A stretch of 64,000 bases of DNA from Ylistrum balloti (taxonomy: Eukaryota): NCBI RefSeq assembly GCF_031769215.1, contig NW_026782356.1, positions 1,488,001 to 1,552,000 of the forward strand. The letters run 5' to 3'. Positions 38,371 through 49,649 of the stretch are shown here, piece after piece. Under the pieces are notes generated by a model. It worked only from the letters and a program-made list of their open reading frames with translations. It was not told the origin of the DNA and ran no database searches. Numbering within the stretch: the stretch's first letter is position 1; each line of letters begins with the position of its first letter. Made by a program: the position numbers and the translations under genes.

Positions 38371-38672
38371 AGTTATCCTCAAGAGAAATATCTTGATAAC
38401 AGGGAAATGCTGAAAATGTCGAAGCTATTAACCGAATTACTTATCTTGGTATCCCTAAGTTGACCGCATATCTGGGCAATATCAACACTACATGCAAAGT
38501 TATTGCAGAAATTTTGGCTATATTTGCAATAGTGCCATCGATTTATATATATAAAAGTAACTTTACCCATATCGTGTAAATTCGGCAAAGTCAACGAGTG
38601 TCCTGTGTGCGTCAGCTATAAAGAGAACCAAAGGCGTGAACTGTTAAAGTTACAATTGCAGGGCGTCCTACT

Positions 38673-39881
38673 AATGTCAGGAATTCCTGCCAATGAATGG
38701 CAGGAAAGTCAGGAAATGACAGGAATGCATGTTAGTGGATTAAGTTTGTGTTTTATGAATTAAAATAAACAATTCTAAGTTAATTAAAGTATTTTACATG
38801 TTATTTTAATGTTTTACAGATTTCATTATATTTTAGATTGCGCTTTGAGAACTAATGTGCAAGTCGTGATAAGTAGGCCTACTACTATAGTAAGTAATGG
38901 CGGCCGTCGATATTCATGGTAATATCGACACTTTATTGAAATGATTTTTGATGATCAAATATTTGAATTGATGTCAATGCAGGTGATCCTATGAAGATGA
39001 TATGGGGTTTATATAGATCTATTTGAATTTAATTATGTTTTCGTGTGTCCCAGAGGAGGCATACCAATATCATTGTCACATTATTTGGCATTAATTCTTA
39101 ATCATATTGCATAAGCATCATTATTGCCAAATATCAATGTTCTAGGATATTTCTAAGTTGTCTTTTCAAAGACCACTGAAATTTCAGGACAAAACATTTT
39201 GAGACAAACTATAGTGAATTTTTATCAGTAATCAAATTTGGTAATTTTAAAGTATAAAGTTTTTGTTATTTCTATTAGAACACAGAATAAATTATTATTT
39301 ATAAAAAAAACAATATGGACTCTTGGTAGAACTACGTAGAACACCCCGTCGTTGAGTCTGGTAACATTTGAAGAAAAAATTCAAATGGCTAAATGTTCTA
39401 CACAGCAATAATCAAAATGTGCAGGTCATAAGTATGTAGACCTGTCCGAGTTATGTCCCTTCCTGCCACTAGCGTGAGATAAACAAAGTCAGATATTCGA
39501 AGCCTGGTTCGTAAAAATAACAATAATTTCAATTATTATATTTCACAAATTTGTGAACAAAACACTCACTTTTCACATATTTCTCACAAACAAACAGAAT
39601 GCCTGAATAAAACAAACGACTTGTGATGTTTGAGGTTGCCCACTCGCTGTCGCAGGGCCCTATCATGGCCTATGCCGCGGTGTACATATGTGTTAGTAAA
39701 CACGTTAAAAAATTTCTTTAAATGCTTAAAATACACCAAAAACATTACAAAAATGTATTATTTGAAGTAATTTTAAGGTTTGAATACGATACGAAATATT
39801 GTTAGCTTAAACACGGAGCAATGTAAGTTTCCTGCCATTTCCTGACTTTCCTGCCATTCATTGGCAGGAATTCCTGACATT
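38673..39881. mobile_element. ~1.2-kb non-autonomous element with ~55-bp terminal inverted repeats
   Basis: Left AATGTCAGGAATTCCTGCCAATGAATGGCAGGAAAGTCAGGAAATGACAGGAA is the reverse complement of right TTCCTGCCATTTTCCTGACTTTCCTGCCATTCATTGGCAGGAATTCCTGACATT. No coding capacity inside; no TSD evident. Confidence 0.85.
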
Positions 39882-41559
39882 GCAATGCAGGCGCATTCGA
39901 TCATTTTAGACTTACACAAGTCCCCTTTTCACAATATTACAACTTGTAGGTACAAAGGTTGAAGTAATTAGTTTTTTTTATATAGCTTAAGTTCTAATTG
40001 CAGAAAGTCATGTTACTGTAACGTAATTGCGATAGTAATGTTACATCAGGGATGTAAAAAGCGTCCCTGGTGATTTACATACATGTCACCTATAAGTAAT
40101 TTTACTCCTCCGGAACACTTCTAGCACTTTTTCATGAGTCTCCCTGCAAATCTTTCTTTTGTTCATTTTTTTTTTATTGAATTCGAGTTTCGATTATGAT
40201 TATGAACTGAAATTTACAGTTTATTCATAGTTTGCCCCGTTTAAATCCATTTAGATAATCTATTCGCTATTCACAACTGGAACATTGCATTTGTAGATGA
40301 ATTAAACACCAACTAATATTACTCACTCCTAGTCCTCTTTCTCCTTTCCTAATCCATGTAATGTGTTTATATTGAAAAATTTATAGCAAACTATGTTCGA
40401 AGAATTAATGCACTGAGACATCTTTAAAATGTAATTTTGTTTTGAGGGGGGATGTTGTATATATATATATATATAATGGGTGAAGTGATGGGAAATAATT
40501 GTTTGGTCTTATCGCTCCATCGCTCATTGGATTAGGTACGATTCAGCATTTAGTTTTATTGATATTGGAACTCTTTGGTATAAAAAGTTGCGAAAAGGAA
40601 TAAAAATAAATTGAAAAGAGGGACTCAGCACTCTGGACAGGTTTGTTTATTGTCATTTGTTACCCTACCGAATTCCCCGACCACATTAGATATGCCTCTG
40701 AAAGATGATGTATCGAAACACTTAACAAACGGATAAAATCTACAATTTAACTATATACTACATGTCTTCAAGTTCAACTGAAACATTGAAGAAATTTGAA
40801 TTATTTTTGCCAGTCCTTTAACAACCAAGATACTTATAAATGTACCAAGTTGACACTTTATTCCCAAACTTTTGGACGGTTAGGGTGGGTGAGAGATAAC
40901 TTTGACTCCATTTGGACATCGCTTGATATTCAGTGTCCTATATCTATTCAGAAAAAAAAACTGTATATAACGTCAATCCTTCGTGTATCTTAAACGTTGA
41001 GCGGAAACTAAAGTTAGGCAGGTATTTTGTATTACCGTTCACACGTATGATGTTTACATGTCACAGGCGAATCGATGTGCGAGGGATTATTCCCAATACC
41101 ACAATTTTCTTCTAGATGTCGACATGTTCATTACTCTCCATGTGATTTTTTTTCTTTAATACTTTGTCCTTATTTTAATCAGGGACGTAGATAACAAAAT
41201 TTTCGCTTCAGTTAATATATATTACTATTCCCGGAGTCAGTAATGTTGTATACATTAGCCTATGGAAATAATTCTTTTGAAACGAAATATGAAGTGTTTG
41301 ATAGATTAAAAAGTGGAAATGGGACCATTAAATGTACACGAGATGGCCAATTTGCTGGAATATGTTATCAATGTATTATTCGATCGTGAGAGTTATTTCC
41401 ACTGATGTAATTTTCTGGATATTAATAAACGTTTTCGTTTTCATTTTATTACTATTTACCTGGTTCAGGCTATAATGTTCATAAATGATTGTTATGTAAT
41501 AGCGATAATGTGCTTAGAGTTACTTAAAGTTTGTTTCCAGTACAGAAACTCACTGTTCC

Positions 41560-42560
41560 TCTTCACTGGTCTCGATACTTTGTTCGGATTCTAGGGTGGG
41601 TCTGTCACTTCCTGATGTCACTGCTTTTATTTTTGCCCTATAGTTGTACAGCAGCCCTTGGTTTTTCTATATAACTTATCCAGTCTGTTTTTGAAGGTAT
41701 TTGAATTTGGTGCCGTGACCACCTCTTCTGCAAGGTTGTTCCATATTCTACGCACTCTCAACGAGAATAAAGTTTTGTCTTGAGCTTGTTCTTGCCCTCT
41801 CTGGAAATAACTTCTTGGACCTACCTCTGGAGCTGTTCCTGGCAGTGACACAGTCCCAAGGTTTAAGAATATTATCACTTTCTCTGTCATATACATGTTG
41901 ACAACCTTGTAGGATTCTATCACCTTGCAGGCACCAGTAAGCTAATGTGGGTAGCCACAACTTCCTCCGTCTTTCCTCATACATGAGATCCTTCAACCCT
42001 GGGATTTGCTTTGTAGCACTTCTCGGTACCCCTTCCACCGTTTAAGTGTATTGTTAAGGAGACCAGACGGAGCTGGCAAAATCTAGACGATCCCATACTA
42101 ACGTTTTATTTACTTTTCACTAAAAAGGTTTTGGAAGGCAAGATTTGAGTCCACCAATATGCCTACACATGGAGTTTGCTTTATTTACTTTTCACTAATA
42201 TGGTCTTGGAAGGTGAGATTTTGAGTCCAATATGCCTACATATGGAGTTTGCTTTATTTAATTTTCACTAATATGGTCTTGGAATGTGAGATTTGAGTCC
42301 ACCAATATGCCTACACACAGAGTTTGCTTTATTTACTTTTCACTAATATGGTCTAGGAAGGTGAAATTTGAGTCCACCAATATGCCTACATATGGAGTTT
42401 GCTTTATTTAATTTTCACTAATATGGTCGTGGAAGGTGAGATTCGAGTCCACCAATATGCCTATATCCTTTTTGCTGTGTGGGCAAGCACTTGGTTACAT
42501 ATAGTTTTCCTCGATACACTTGTGCTTACATTTTTCGAATGCTTGGGAAATATTACTGAA
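41560..42560 (-). mobile_element. CR1-clade LINE, degraded 3' RT fragment
   Basis: QKDIGILVDSNLTF.DHISEK.VNKANS; LVWDRLDFASSVWSP; VPRSATKQIPGLKDLMYEERRRKLWLPTLAY...GD; FSLRVRRIWNNLAEEVVTAPNSNTFKNRLDKLY, the typical CR1/L2 C-terminus. Confidence 0.9.
42104..42468. repeat. Minisatellite, ~75-bp unit, ~5 copies, derived from CR1 RT coding sequence
   Basis: Unit CTTTATTTACTTTTCACTAATATGGTCTTGGAAGGTGAGATTTGAGTCCACCAATATGCCTACACATGGAGTTTG. Its reverse complement encodes GILVDSNxTFxDHISEK/(K)VNKANS. Confidence 0.9.
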
Positions 42561-45500
42561 ATCATGACAGGTAGAGTTTTCTTTCTATTTTGTTTCTCAA
42601 ATTTTCTTATATTTTATAATCATAAGACTGGTATTTACAAAGAAGTGAGTTTTTTAGCAAACAGTATTGTAAATATTAACAATTAGTCATTTAAAAGTGT
42701 ACCAATTGTAAAATGTAATGCAATTAATTGGTTTATAGTTGAAGGGAGCTTATTTATCGCCCCTCTTAAAAACTGGCATCACTACAGTATGTTTCCATCA
42801 TGAAGGAAAAGATGTCTCCAAAGAAGGATCTAAAATAAAAGGCAAGGAGAGGCTTTAAAGCATAATGTAATTACTGGTAATTTATTATTTCTTCAACGTG
42901 TGTATAGGAGATTGGAAATGGAGAAGTTTACTGTCCCATCTGGAGTACCACAATCTTTACAGACTTCTAACCATCTAGGAATATTGTCAGCTATTGATAT
43001 ATTGAGATAAGTCTATAAAATACAGCCTACATCAAACTACAAAACTACATGCTCTTGGTAAGACAACTAACTTCTAAGACTACAAATATTTGAATAAAAA
43101 TAATATCTTTAGAATGACCACTGGGACCTGGGTTTGGACGAATGTCTTAACTAGGAAACAGTAGATGCAAAATTAAAAAAAAAAAAAAATTCAACAATGC
43201 TAGACAAGAACAACTGAGCAGTACATGCTAATTTTACTGTAGTATTCATCATACAAGACCTGAACCTGCATAATAATTCAGGGAGATTAACATGAACTTA
43301 CTGTTGAATATCAAATATAAAAAAAGTTATCATTACACAACGTACAATGAAAATCCTTTGAACAGGGAGGAAGAAATTGTCACCTGTAAAGCAGATTGTG
43401 ACATTTCGAAGTGTTTAATAGGGTGTGGCTATCAGGATTATGAATGTAATCAAATTCAAGGAAATATTATCTAGGTTACAGAGGTTGATGATGACATACA
43501 ATTCTTGATAGTTGGACAATCAGAAAATAATTTTATCTATTAGAATAGACAACAGAACATATAATTAGCTTATATTTTAATAGCAGTAATTCAAGTTTGT
43601 ACATTTATACCCTTTCCGATACCCCGAACCTGCAGTGTACATTTTATCATACGATACATATGATACAGTTATAACAAAGGTAGATATCTTACGCAGGTTA
43701 ATAGGTTAAATGATAACACTTCCATACAATAAAGCAGTTCCATTTAGAAATTTCTTTGAATTACCCAAGATTAACAAGTTAAGCTCTCAACATCCATATT
43801 TCCAATCGCCATAATTTTTTTTTTTACACAAAGTTAAAAGTTCTACAAAAAATACTTAGAAATCCGTTTAAGTCATGAAGGCATTATTTTACTATCTTGT
43901 CTCGTGATAGGTCGAAGTTTAGACTTGACACAAAATTAACTATTTCATAGGCTTTTCACAACATCTTACCTCAAGTTCAATAATTCAAGCAGTTTATATA
44001 TTACATATTTAGACTCTAGACTGTACAACTCCAGATCATTTATTTGTATTACCTGAAGAAAACCTTTCTAAACATGACCCCTTCTTAAACCCAGAAGAGG
44101 ACATTTGATACTATTTTCTTACTACTACCAAAAGCAAATGTATGCAATATGCAAATGATGAAATATCATCACAGTTACTGAAAAAAAAGTCATTTCAAAT
44201 AACTTAACAAAAATGACCCATGTAACCTTAAAAACAAGTCAAAATCATTCATATTATCCAAACTGCAGGCTAACGACCAGATGGTCTTACATGTGAAATC
44301 CGAAAAAGCCATTTTAAACTTTGACCCCTATCAAGAACTGGAAGTTGAAATTATACAAAAAATGTTTCCCGAGAAATGTTATTTATTTGTTATTTTACGT
44401 CACATAAGATGAATCCAATATGTTCATTTGTTATTGCAACTTGAGGCAAAATCTGATATGATGCCATTTTGTTTTTTGATGAAGTTGAAAACGTCACTAA
44501 ATGGTAGACAATGACATCTTGGTAAACCTTTCCCATAATAATTAAACAAAATAAAAGTATTTGATATAGGTCTAAAACAAGTTTTACCAATATGTCAGCA
44601 TTTTAAAAGACCAAAAGAAAATTCAAAATGGGTCCAACGTTAAATGTAAATGCTTAAGAAAAACTGAAGATATCAAATTCATTAGAATGACATTTGTCAT
44701 CTTTCTGTTGAAGAATTTAAAAAAATAAAACAATTTTTTTTTAAAAAATGAATAAAAAAAAAAAGGAAAAAATGAAAAAATTAAAATTTGTGACCTTTTA
44801 CCCAACAGTAAGCTTTCTTTAAATGACTTATTCTGTATTAACATATAATGTAAAAAAGTTAGATATGGGAATTATCTACAAATAATATATATGATTGAAT
44901 TCTGTATAATCAACAATTTTCGTGATATGGCTACTTTAAAATTCTTACCATATGACGTCGATGGTGGTCATATTGGATTTATGACCAACTTAAAAATACT
45001 ACATCTACAGATATGTACCCATAAAGAACTAAAGAGGCTGTAAACCTATCTCTTACTGATCATAAATTTGGACTCCACAAATTTCAGAATGATAATAATA
45101 AAAAGAAACATAAATTTCAGAATAATATTAATAAAAAGAAACATAACAATAACAATGTCTTTTCACCAGATAGTGAAAAGCCCTGATAACAATGTAAATT
45201 TATCTTGTGAACAACTAACAAAGTGACAAGATATTGTATAAGGCAATATAAAGGCGATAGTTTACATATAATCTTCATATGTTGTGTACGTTATGTTTAT
45301 ACAATTGTATTGTTATAGAAGGAATGAACATTGGGAACAACAGGCAAAACTAAATCAGTCGCTTCTATGGAATGAGTATGAAACAGTGAACGCATTCAAT
45401 GATAACAATCTTGAAATGACTTTGTATCAATTTAAATGACACAGGTTCTCGCAAGGATTGAGATGGAAGGGGCCAGGTACATAGAATATAGGAAGACAGA

Positions 45501-46448
45501 CCAATGGAAGTAAAAGATTGGAAGACAAAACGAGGAACATAGGTATGACCTATACAGTGCTCCAGATAACTTTTTGACATGTGGGGTTTTCACTCCTACC
45601 TTTATAAATTGAGGGGTTTTTTCACCCCTGCCTTCATCAAGTGTATGGGTTTTTCCATATTAGGGTAACACTGAATTTGTAAACATTTTTGAGAGCGCCA
45701 TATTTGCTATGCGACTGGTTTATAATCACGATCAAGTAAGCGCTTGTTACGAGTTTCGTTTACTTGATAAGTGTCTGTTTTCTAACTACGTAATATTGGA
45801 GCCGGACATTGACGCAGAGTCCGGATTTCGCACTGGTTTTCCTAGCGTGAAATTAGAAATATTGTGCGTGAAAACGCATTCACGTAGGCTATCTGGAGCA
45901 CTGCTATATCTATGCAACATCCGAAGCATATATACAGCATTGATGAAGTTAATACATCATTATAAAATATGTGTTCTATTCCATTAAGTAGTAAGTGGTC
46001 TGCTATTATCAGTATTAAGAAATATAAAAAATAAATATATGTCTGGCTGTTGTTTTAATCCTCACCCATTCTCTTACTTCATTATGATCATTGGGTGCGA
46101 TCGATGACAACTTCATCTACTATCTACAAGTAACTTTTGAATTTCTAATCTTGTACATTTATAATGGTGATCTTGTTGGACTTCAATGGTGATGTTTTCG
46201 ACTTTCATTTATAACGAGCTTCTGAATTTGTATAAAGACGAGCCTTCCATTGTAAATTAACATTTTAGAATGTCAACAGAATTAATTACAATATTGATAA
46301 CATCTACCTGTAACTTAAGTGTATTCAGAATTCATATCACAGATACCTGAAAATAATCCATTACATTCAAAATACTTTCCAAAAATTTCCAATGAACTAA
46401 ATCTGGTTTAAATCTGGATCTGCAGCCTTACAAACTCTTGTAAATTTT

Positions 46449-48695
46449 CTAGACCTGGGTAACAGATGGGAGATAGGAATACTCTATATCATAGAGTGAC
46501 ACAAATCCATCAGCACTGGTTACTGCTAGAGTCGTCCCGTCCATACTCGTGCACATTTGAGTGTCTATTTCAGCCGATCCTTCCACCGAAATCTGATTAG
46601 GAAGGACCTTTACAAGTTGTCCTGAAAATGATGCTACTGTAAGATCTCCATTTCTGCTGTCTAAAATTAGAAGCAAATCCATTTCATCAACTATGGCAAT
46701 GCCTTGTTGTTTTGAAAAACTCAATGCAGCATGCCCAACAAAAGTCTTCTTATTAATATGGTTTGTATCACTGGATTTGAAGAATATTACCTTTGATTTA
46801 TCAAGGTCACTAAGTATTAGATCAAAAGGTTTTGTCACAACAATGTTACGTGGGCTTTGGCAATAATCTACAGGAATCTTTCTCCTAACGCGTCCTTGTA
46901 AGTCAATCACATCAATTCTTGTGGAACAAAATGGTGGACATAAGCAACCAATTAAAAGCTCTGTCTCTTTATGAAAGGCTATGTAAGCATACTGACCCGT
47001 TGTTAGAGCCTTGCGAACACTGATTTCCTCACCTTGTTTCAAAGCTGGATCACGGAGGAAAAGCAACTGTTTTTGTTTTGGAGCAGTGACAACGCATTCG
47101 ACATCAGATACAGCAGCAACATCCCAAGGTTCCACATATCCAAAATCATGGACATTCAACAACCCTCCATGTTGACTGAGAACTTTCATGCAATAGTTCG
47201 ACCGGTCGAGTACAACAAATGTGTCACCAACAGTTGCTATAGCTACTAGAGAAGGGATATTAATGTCCCCAGAAAGCTGGATATCAATGTAGTCCTTGTA
47301 CTGTAACCTTGCGATCCCATCTTTGACATGTGGATCAACTGCGGACTCTGCATTGTTAGCCAATGATCTGTCGGATACAATATTGCTGTGGTCAATAGTA
47401 GATTCAGAAGATCCTGTAGAGTGATAATAATGGCTGCCAGGACCACTCCTTAGTTCAGATTCTGGAAGTGGTGGAGCTGATGGCTGTGTGAGAGTAGTGG
47501 AAGGGAGATTCATGTTTTGTGGTAATGTCATAGGTGGAGCTGTAGGAAGAGGGCGCTGGCCAGAAGATGGACAATTTATTTCCAGGGAGGGCTGTTGTAA
47601 TACACATTCATATGTAGGTAGGCCTTCTTCATCTTCACCTAGTAAACCTGACTCTGATATGCCATCTTCTCCAGGAGAATCAGGATTTTCATTGTCTTCA
47701 AAGGTCACAATATAGGGTCCTGAGTGGCAGCTGTCAATCACTTCAATATTAACAATGTCTACGTTTGTCATTTTGTCCTCAAGTTCTGTATTAATCATAA
47801 ATCTCAAGTCAAATGACTTCATCAAATCGGACTCTAAATCAGGTAAAATATCTGTAAATGATCCCATAATCTTGGACAAATCTCCTGCAAGAATCATGTT
47901 CTGTGATGGTTTTATTGACGTCTGAAGCAGCAAAGCTATGATTAGTTTCTGATGAGCATCTAAAGAAGTAAGCAGTGAAGAACATACAGAGATGTCATCA
48001 TCTAGGTACATTTTCTCTTTTTCTTCTAATTCTTTTGCCTTTTTCAATATTTTATCTTCTTGTTGTTCCAGATAGTGAATAACATTTTCCTTCAAATCTG
48101 CATAATATGCCTTCACTGTTGATTCCGTATTTTCTCGGTCAGGGATGGCATGTTCTAGTTTTGATACCAATTTTCCATGAAGCAACTGAGTACGTGACTT
48201 AACCGTCTCTATGTCTGTCGAAATTTGCCGCATCCTGTTGTAGCAACTGGTTTCCATGGTTTTTGTGATGGTCTCGAGATGACATCCTCGATGCATGTTT
48301 ACTCTACACCGAGGACATACGAGTACGTTGCATGCCTCACAATAATACGAGCAACGGTTCCTTGGATGAATGGAACACAATGGAGACAATACACCATTTG
48401 ACGATTGGATAGCAGGTCGTTCATTTTCGTCACTGTAAAATTGGCGTAAGTTTCTTGTCAGGGAATCCTCTTCTAAGGCTGACAGCATAGTGTCACTCAC
48501 TTCTGTTTCTGGTTCCTGTGGTGTATGCTTATACTTGCAAACAGGACAGTGGAATAATGTCTGACCGAAGTATTCACTGATATAGCCAATCAAACATTCA
48601 TGGCAGAAGATATGCTGGCACTTTAGCTTTTTGGGATAACTTACAGACTCGTGGCATATACCACACTGGCATAAAGATTGAAGTATCACATCCAT
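46449..48695 (-). CDS. TRIM-family E3 ligase paralogue, 748 aa, intronless CDS: RING, B-box2, coiled coil, linker with LPTY, PTAP and PSAP, beta-propeller
   Basis: The first in-frame ATG is at 48695 (MDVILQSLCQCGIC...). The track's TTG start adds 16 aa after an in-frame TAA. RING CGIC...CQHIFCHEC...CPVC; B-box CSIH...YCEACNVLVCPRC...H; propeller IPSLVAIATVGDTFVVLDRSNYCMKV, EPWDVAAV, QQGIAIV. Acceptor at 48801-48802. Confidence 0.95.
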   Translation of the reverse strand: MDVILQSLCQCGICHESVSYPKKLKCQHIFCHECLIGYISEYFGQTLFHCPVCKYKHTPQEPETEVSDTMLSALEEDSLTRNLRQFYSDENERPAIQSSNGVLSPLCSIHPRNRCSYYCEACNVLVCPRCRVNMHRGCHLETITKTMETSCYNRMRQISTDIETVKSRTQLLHGKLVSKLEHAIPDRENTESTVKAYYADLKENVIHYLEQQEDKILKKAKELEEKEKMYLDDDISVCSSLLTSLDAHQKLIIALLLQTSIKPSQNMILAGDLSKIMGSFTDILPDLESDLMKSFDLRFMINTELEDKMTNVDIVNIEVIDSCHSGPYIVTFEDNENPDSPGEDGISESGLLGEDEEGLPTYECVLQQPSLEINCPSSGQRPLPTAPPMTLPQNMNLPSTTLTQPSAPPLPESELRSGPGSHYYHSTGSSESTIDHSNIVSDRSLANNAESAVDPHVKDGIARLQYKDYIDIQLSGDINIPSLVAIATVGDTFVVLDRSNYCMKVLSQHGGLLNVHDFGYVEPWDVAAVSDVECVVTAPKQKQLLFLRDPALKQGEEISVRKALTTGQYAYIAFHKETELLIGCLCPPFCSTRIDVIDLQGRVRRKIPVDYCQSPRNIVVTKPFDLILSDLDKSKVIFFKSSDTNHINKKTFVGHAALSFSKQQGIAIVDEMDLLLILDSRNGDLTVASFSGQLVKVLPNQISVEGSAEIDTQMCTSMDGTTLAVTSADGFVSLYDIEYSYLPSVTQV

Positions 48696-49649
48696 ATTGG
48701 TTCTATTATATCCTTTTTTCCTTATTCTGTTGTTTTGAATCAATGAAACTTTTTATAGCTTGGTTCCGATCCATGCAGCGTGTTGTTGTCTTCATTCATT
48801 CTGAAATGCAAAAATAATTTAGTAAACATTTACAGTGGTGAATGATTGTGGTTTAATTGGTACATATTTAATTATTACAATGTAGATGTTGCGATGTATG
48901 TATATATATATTTCAATTCATTTATAGAAGGACTGAAAATGTTAGCAATTACTAGATTACGTGCTGTTGATTTTTATGTCTACACATTAAGACATGCCTA
49001 ACTATACCGTAAGTGTAGAGCATGCTGTAAATGAGACTATTTCTTGTACATGTTCATGTAACCAGTTTTGAACATCCAAATACTTTAATACAAAAGAGCA
49101 ATTTTGTATAAGGCTTTATACCAGAACTACAATACAACAATGCAGACTAAAATATGGTAGACCTATCACCAAACAATCATAATTTAATCTTAACATTATG
49201 CCTTTATCAACAAAACATAACTCCTACTTTTATTATTTTCTTTATTCACGATGAGAAAAAACATATTTTTTTCCATGTCATACACGTACATGCTATGTAT
49301 AATTTCTCGTTGGATTTCTATTCTGTTCCTTTTCTGTTCAAAATACATCAAATGATTATTTTAGAAACAGAAATTTTCGGTCTATGTAATATGTCTATGT
49401 AATGCATATAGTTTTTAATTTAAATAATGAAATGTTAACATAATGACAACAAATGTTGATTTTTTTTCTCGCGAGTGTAGTTTACAACATTTGGAAGAAA
49501 AAAAATCAAATATTTATAAAAATGAGAACACAAAATGACCAATTCACAATAACTGATGAAGACATGTGTAAATTATAACACGTCTTCATCAGTTCTTGTG
49601 AATTGGTCATTTTGAGCTCTTAATCTTTTAAAAGCATTTAATGACTTAC

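Noticed and set aside
48696-48743. 16-aa N-terminal extension of TRIM-B from the TTG start in the ORF track
   Set aside because: Non-ATG start. The ATG at 48695 aligns exactly with the TRIM-A start (MDVILQSLCQC / MEEVLKEFYRC).
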